From Alkalilimnicola ehrlichii MLHE-1 (GTDB taxonomy: Bacteria > Pseudomonadota > Gammaproteobacteria > Nitrococcales > Halorhodospiraceae), in assembly GCF_000014785.1 (NCBI RefSeq), contig NC_008340.1, positions 2,520,001-2,552,000 of the forward strand: a stretch of 32,000 bases of DNA, written 5' to 3'. This document shows, in pieces, positions 29,950 through 32,000 of the stretch. The position numbers and the translations under genes were made by a program. The notes beneath the pieces are model-generated. The model searched no databases, was not told where the DNA came from, and saw nothing but the letters and a program-made list of their open reading frames with translations. The stretch's first letter is position 1, and each line of letters starts with the position of its first letter.

Positions 29950-31458
29950 TCAGTGCGCCTCCACCGCCGGTGGGTTATCCAGGCCGTGCTCGGCCATCTC
30001 CACGGCGCGGAACAGGGCGCGGCCCTTGTTCAGCGTCTCCTTCCACTCCAGCCGCGGCACCGAGTCGGCCACCACCCCAGCGCCCGCCTGCACGTACACC
30101 CGGCCGTCCTTGATCACCGCGGTGCGGATGGCGATGGCGGTATCCAGGTTGCCGGACCAGGACAGGTACCCCACCGCCCCCGAGTACACCCCCCGCTTGA
30201 CCGGCTCCACCTCGGCGATGATCTCCATGGCCCGTATCTTCGGCGCCCCGCTCACCGTACCCGCCGGGAAGGTAGCGCGCAGCACCTCCATGGGCCCCTG
30301 CCCGGGGCGCAGCCGCCCGGTGACGTTGGAGACGATATGCATGACGTGGGAGTAGCGCTCCACCACCATCCGCTCGGTGACCCGCACGCTGCCGGTGTCC
30401 GCCACCCGGCCCACGTCGTTGCGCCCCAGGTCGATGAGCATCAGGTGCTCAGCCAGCTCCTTGGGGTCACTGACCAGATCGGCCTCCAGGGCCAGGTCCT
30501 CGGCCTCGTCGTGGCCACGGCGTCGGGTACCGGCGATGGGCCGCACCGTCACCTGGTCGTCCTCCAGCCGCACCAGGATCTCCGGCGACGAGCCGGCCAC
30601 GTGGAAATCGCCCAGGTCCAGGTAATACATATAGGGGGAGGGATTGGTGCAGCGCAGCGCCCGGTAGAGGTCCAGCGGCTCCGCCCGGTAGGGCACCGAC
30701 ATGCGCTGGGAGGGCACCACCTGCATGCAGTCGCCGGCCAGGATGTACTCGCGGATACGCTCCACCACCGCCTCAAACTCCGGCTGGGTGAAGTTCGAGC
30801 GAAAGTCCGACTCCAGCACCCGCCGTGGAGGACGGCGCCGCTGGTAGACCGAGTCGGCGCGGCGCAGCCGCTCGGCCAGCTCCTCCAGGCGCGCCTGCCC
30901 GCGTGTCAGCGCCCCCTCGGCGGCCGGGTCCACCTGCACCACCAGGTAGAGGCGGCCGGCCAGGTTGTCGAAGACCAGCACCTCCTCGCTGACCATCAAC
31001 AGGATGTCGGGCACCTCCAGCTCGTCGCGGTTGGCCCGGCCGGCCAGGCGCGGCTCGATATACCCCACGGTCTCGTAGCCGAAGTAGCCCACCAGCCCGC
31101 CGAGAAAGCGGGGCATCTGCGGAAAGCCGGGCGGATCGGCCGCCTTGAAGCGGGCCTGGTAGGCCTCGATCCAGGCCAGCGGATCGTCCACCGGGATGCG
31201 TTCCACCACCCGGTCATCCTCGCTGACCTCCACCTCCTGGCCCCATACCCGCAGCACCGTGCGGCAAGGCAGGCCGATGATGGAATAACGGCCCCACTTC
31301 TCACCGCCCTGGACCGACTCGAACAAATAGGAATAGGGCCCCTGGGCCAGCTTCAGGTAGGTGGACAGCGGGGTGTCCAGATCGGCGAGGATCTCCCGCA
31401 CCAGCGGGACGCGGTTGTAGCCGGCCTCGGCCAGTTCACGCAGTTGTTCCGGTTGCAT
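29950..31458 (-). CDS. trpE: Anthranilate synthase component I
   Basis: ORF 29950..31548 with likely start [38 protein letters not shown] at 31458. [69 protein letters not shown]. Confidence 0.96.
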   Translation of the reverse strand: MQPEQLRELAEAGYNRVPLVREILADLDTPLSTYLKLAQGPYSYLFESVQGGEKWGRYSIIGLPCRTVLRVWGQEVEVSEDDRVVERIPVDDPLAWIEAYQARFKAADPPGFPQMPRFLGGLVGYFGYETVGYIEPRLAGRANRDELEVPDILLMVSEEVLVFDNLAGRLYLVVQVDPAAEGALTRGQARLEELAERLRRADSVYQRRRPPRRVLESDFRSNFTQPEFEAVVERIREYILAGDCMQVVPSQRMSVPYRAEPLDLYRALRCTNPSPYMYYLDLGDFHVAGSSPEILVRLEDDQVTVRPIAGTRRRGHDEAEDLALEADLVSDPKELAEHLMLIDLGRNDVGRVADTGSVRVTERMVVERYSHVMHIVSNVTGRLRPGQGPMEVLRATFPAGTVSGAPKIRAMEIIAEVEPVKRGVYSGAVGYLSWSGNLDTAIAIRTAVIKDGRVYVQAGAGVVADSVPRLEWKETLNKGRALFRAVEMAEHGLDNPPAVEAH

Positions 31459-31572
31459 GTTGACTCTCCAGGTAATGCAAGACGTGACTCCCTCCGTGCG
31501 CGCCGGGGCCTCACCATCGACGGCGGGCCCGGCGCTGCCGGGGCACATCCACCCTGGAGAGCAGCGCCCCCA

Positions 31573-32000
31573 TCAGGCCGCCCGACTGCGCAGCATGGCG
31601 GGGATTTCCGCCAGGCTCTTGACCATGGCATCGGGGAAGGCGTCCTCGATGGCATTGCCGGCGTTATAACCGTAGGGCACGCAGATCACCTTCATGCCGG
31701 TGTTGCGGGCCGCGCCCACGTCCACCGCCGAGTCGCCCACCATCAACGCCTGTGCGGGCTCCACCCCCAGCCGCTCCAGGGCCAGACGCAGCGGGGCCGG
31801 ATCGGGCTTTTTCACCGGGGCGCACTCGCCGCCCACCACCGTCGCCATATAGCGGCGGATGCCCAGGGTCTCCAACAGCGGCTCGGCAAACCGGCGCGGC
31901 TTGTTGGTCACCACCGCCTGGGCGATACCCAGCTCGGCCACCCCGGCGATGCCCTCGGCCACGCCGGGGTAGAGGCGACTGCGCTCGGCCACCCGCTCAC
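31573..32000 (-). CDS. gph: Phosphoglycolate phosphatase-like HAD hydrolase (N-terminus beyond window edge)
   Basis: QAVVTNKPRRFAEPLLETLGIRRYMATVVGGECAPVKKPDPAPLRLALERLGVEPAQALMVGDSAVDVGAARNTGMKVICVPYGYNAGNAI. Placed upstream of trpE, as in pseudomonads and relatives. Confidence 0.88.
   Translation of the reverse strand, partial: ERVAERSRLYPGVAEGIAGVAELGIAQAVVTNKPRRFAEPLLETLGIRRYMATVVGGECAPVKKPDPAPLRLALERLGVEPAQALMVGDSAVDVGAARNTGMKVICVPYGYNAGNAIEDAFPDAMVKSLAEIPAMLRSRAA

Noticed and set aside
31459-31572. Possible trp leader/attenuator upstream of trpE
   Set aside because: I found no leader peptide with tandem Trp codons and no terminator/anti-terminator pair with a U-tract in this 114-bp gap.

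Overview
This window is mostly conserved gammaproteobacterial housekeeping DNA with high GC content. From left to right it holds: a trypsin-like protease PDZ tail (degS/algW type); hisC-hisD-hisG; murA; an ibaG/bolA-like gene; mlaB-C-D-E-F (minus strand); a divergent yrbG-like Ca/Na exchanger; kdsD-kdsC-lptC-lptA-lptB-rpoN-hpf-ptsN-rapZ-HPr; a small conserved protein; purK/purE (minus); a tiny flagellar-rod-like protein; phaC (minus); rsmJ; tRNA-Gln(CUG); rpsI-rplM; a 2Fe-2S ferredoxin-like gene; speD; an osmC-family gene; a crp/vfr-like gene; trpE-G-D-C (minus); and a gph-like HAD phosphatase cut by the window edge. I found no phage, CRISPR, toxin or defence cluster, and no convincing new multi-gene protein system. 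The unusual content is non-coding. (1) There is an array of twelve 97-bp tandem units at 22378-23541, with degenerate terminal and internal inverted repeats and a 291-bp (3-unit) higher-order duplication. (2) A related repeat cluster at about 19020-19530 lies in the same orientation, so the two clusters flank phaC-rsmJ. (3) A well-formed candidate small RNA lies on the minus strand at about 24815-24907. It has a sigma70-like promoter, an 11-bp 5' hairpin, a C/U-rich linker with two CCUCC anti-Shine-Dalgarno motifs, and a perfect 9-bp terminator stem followed by U8. It sits just upstream of an independent rplM promoter.
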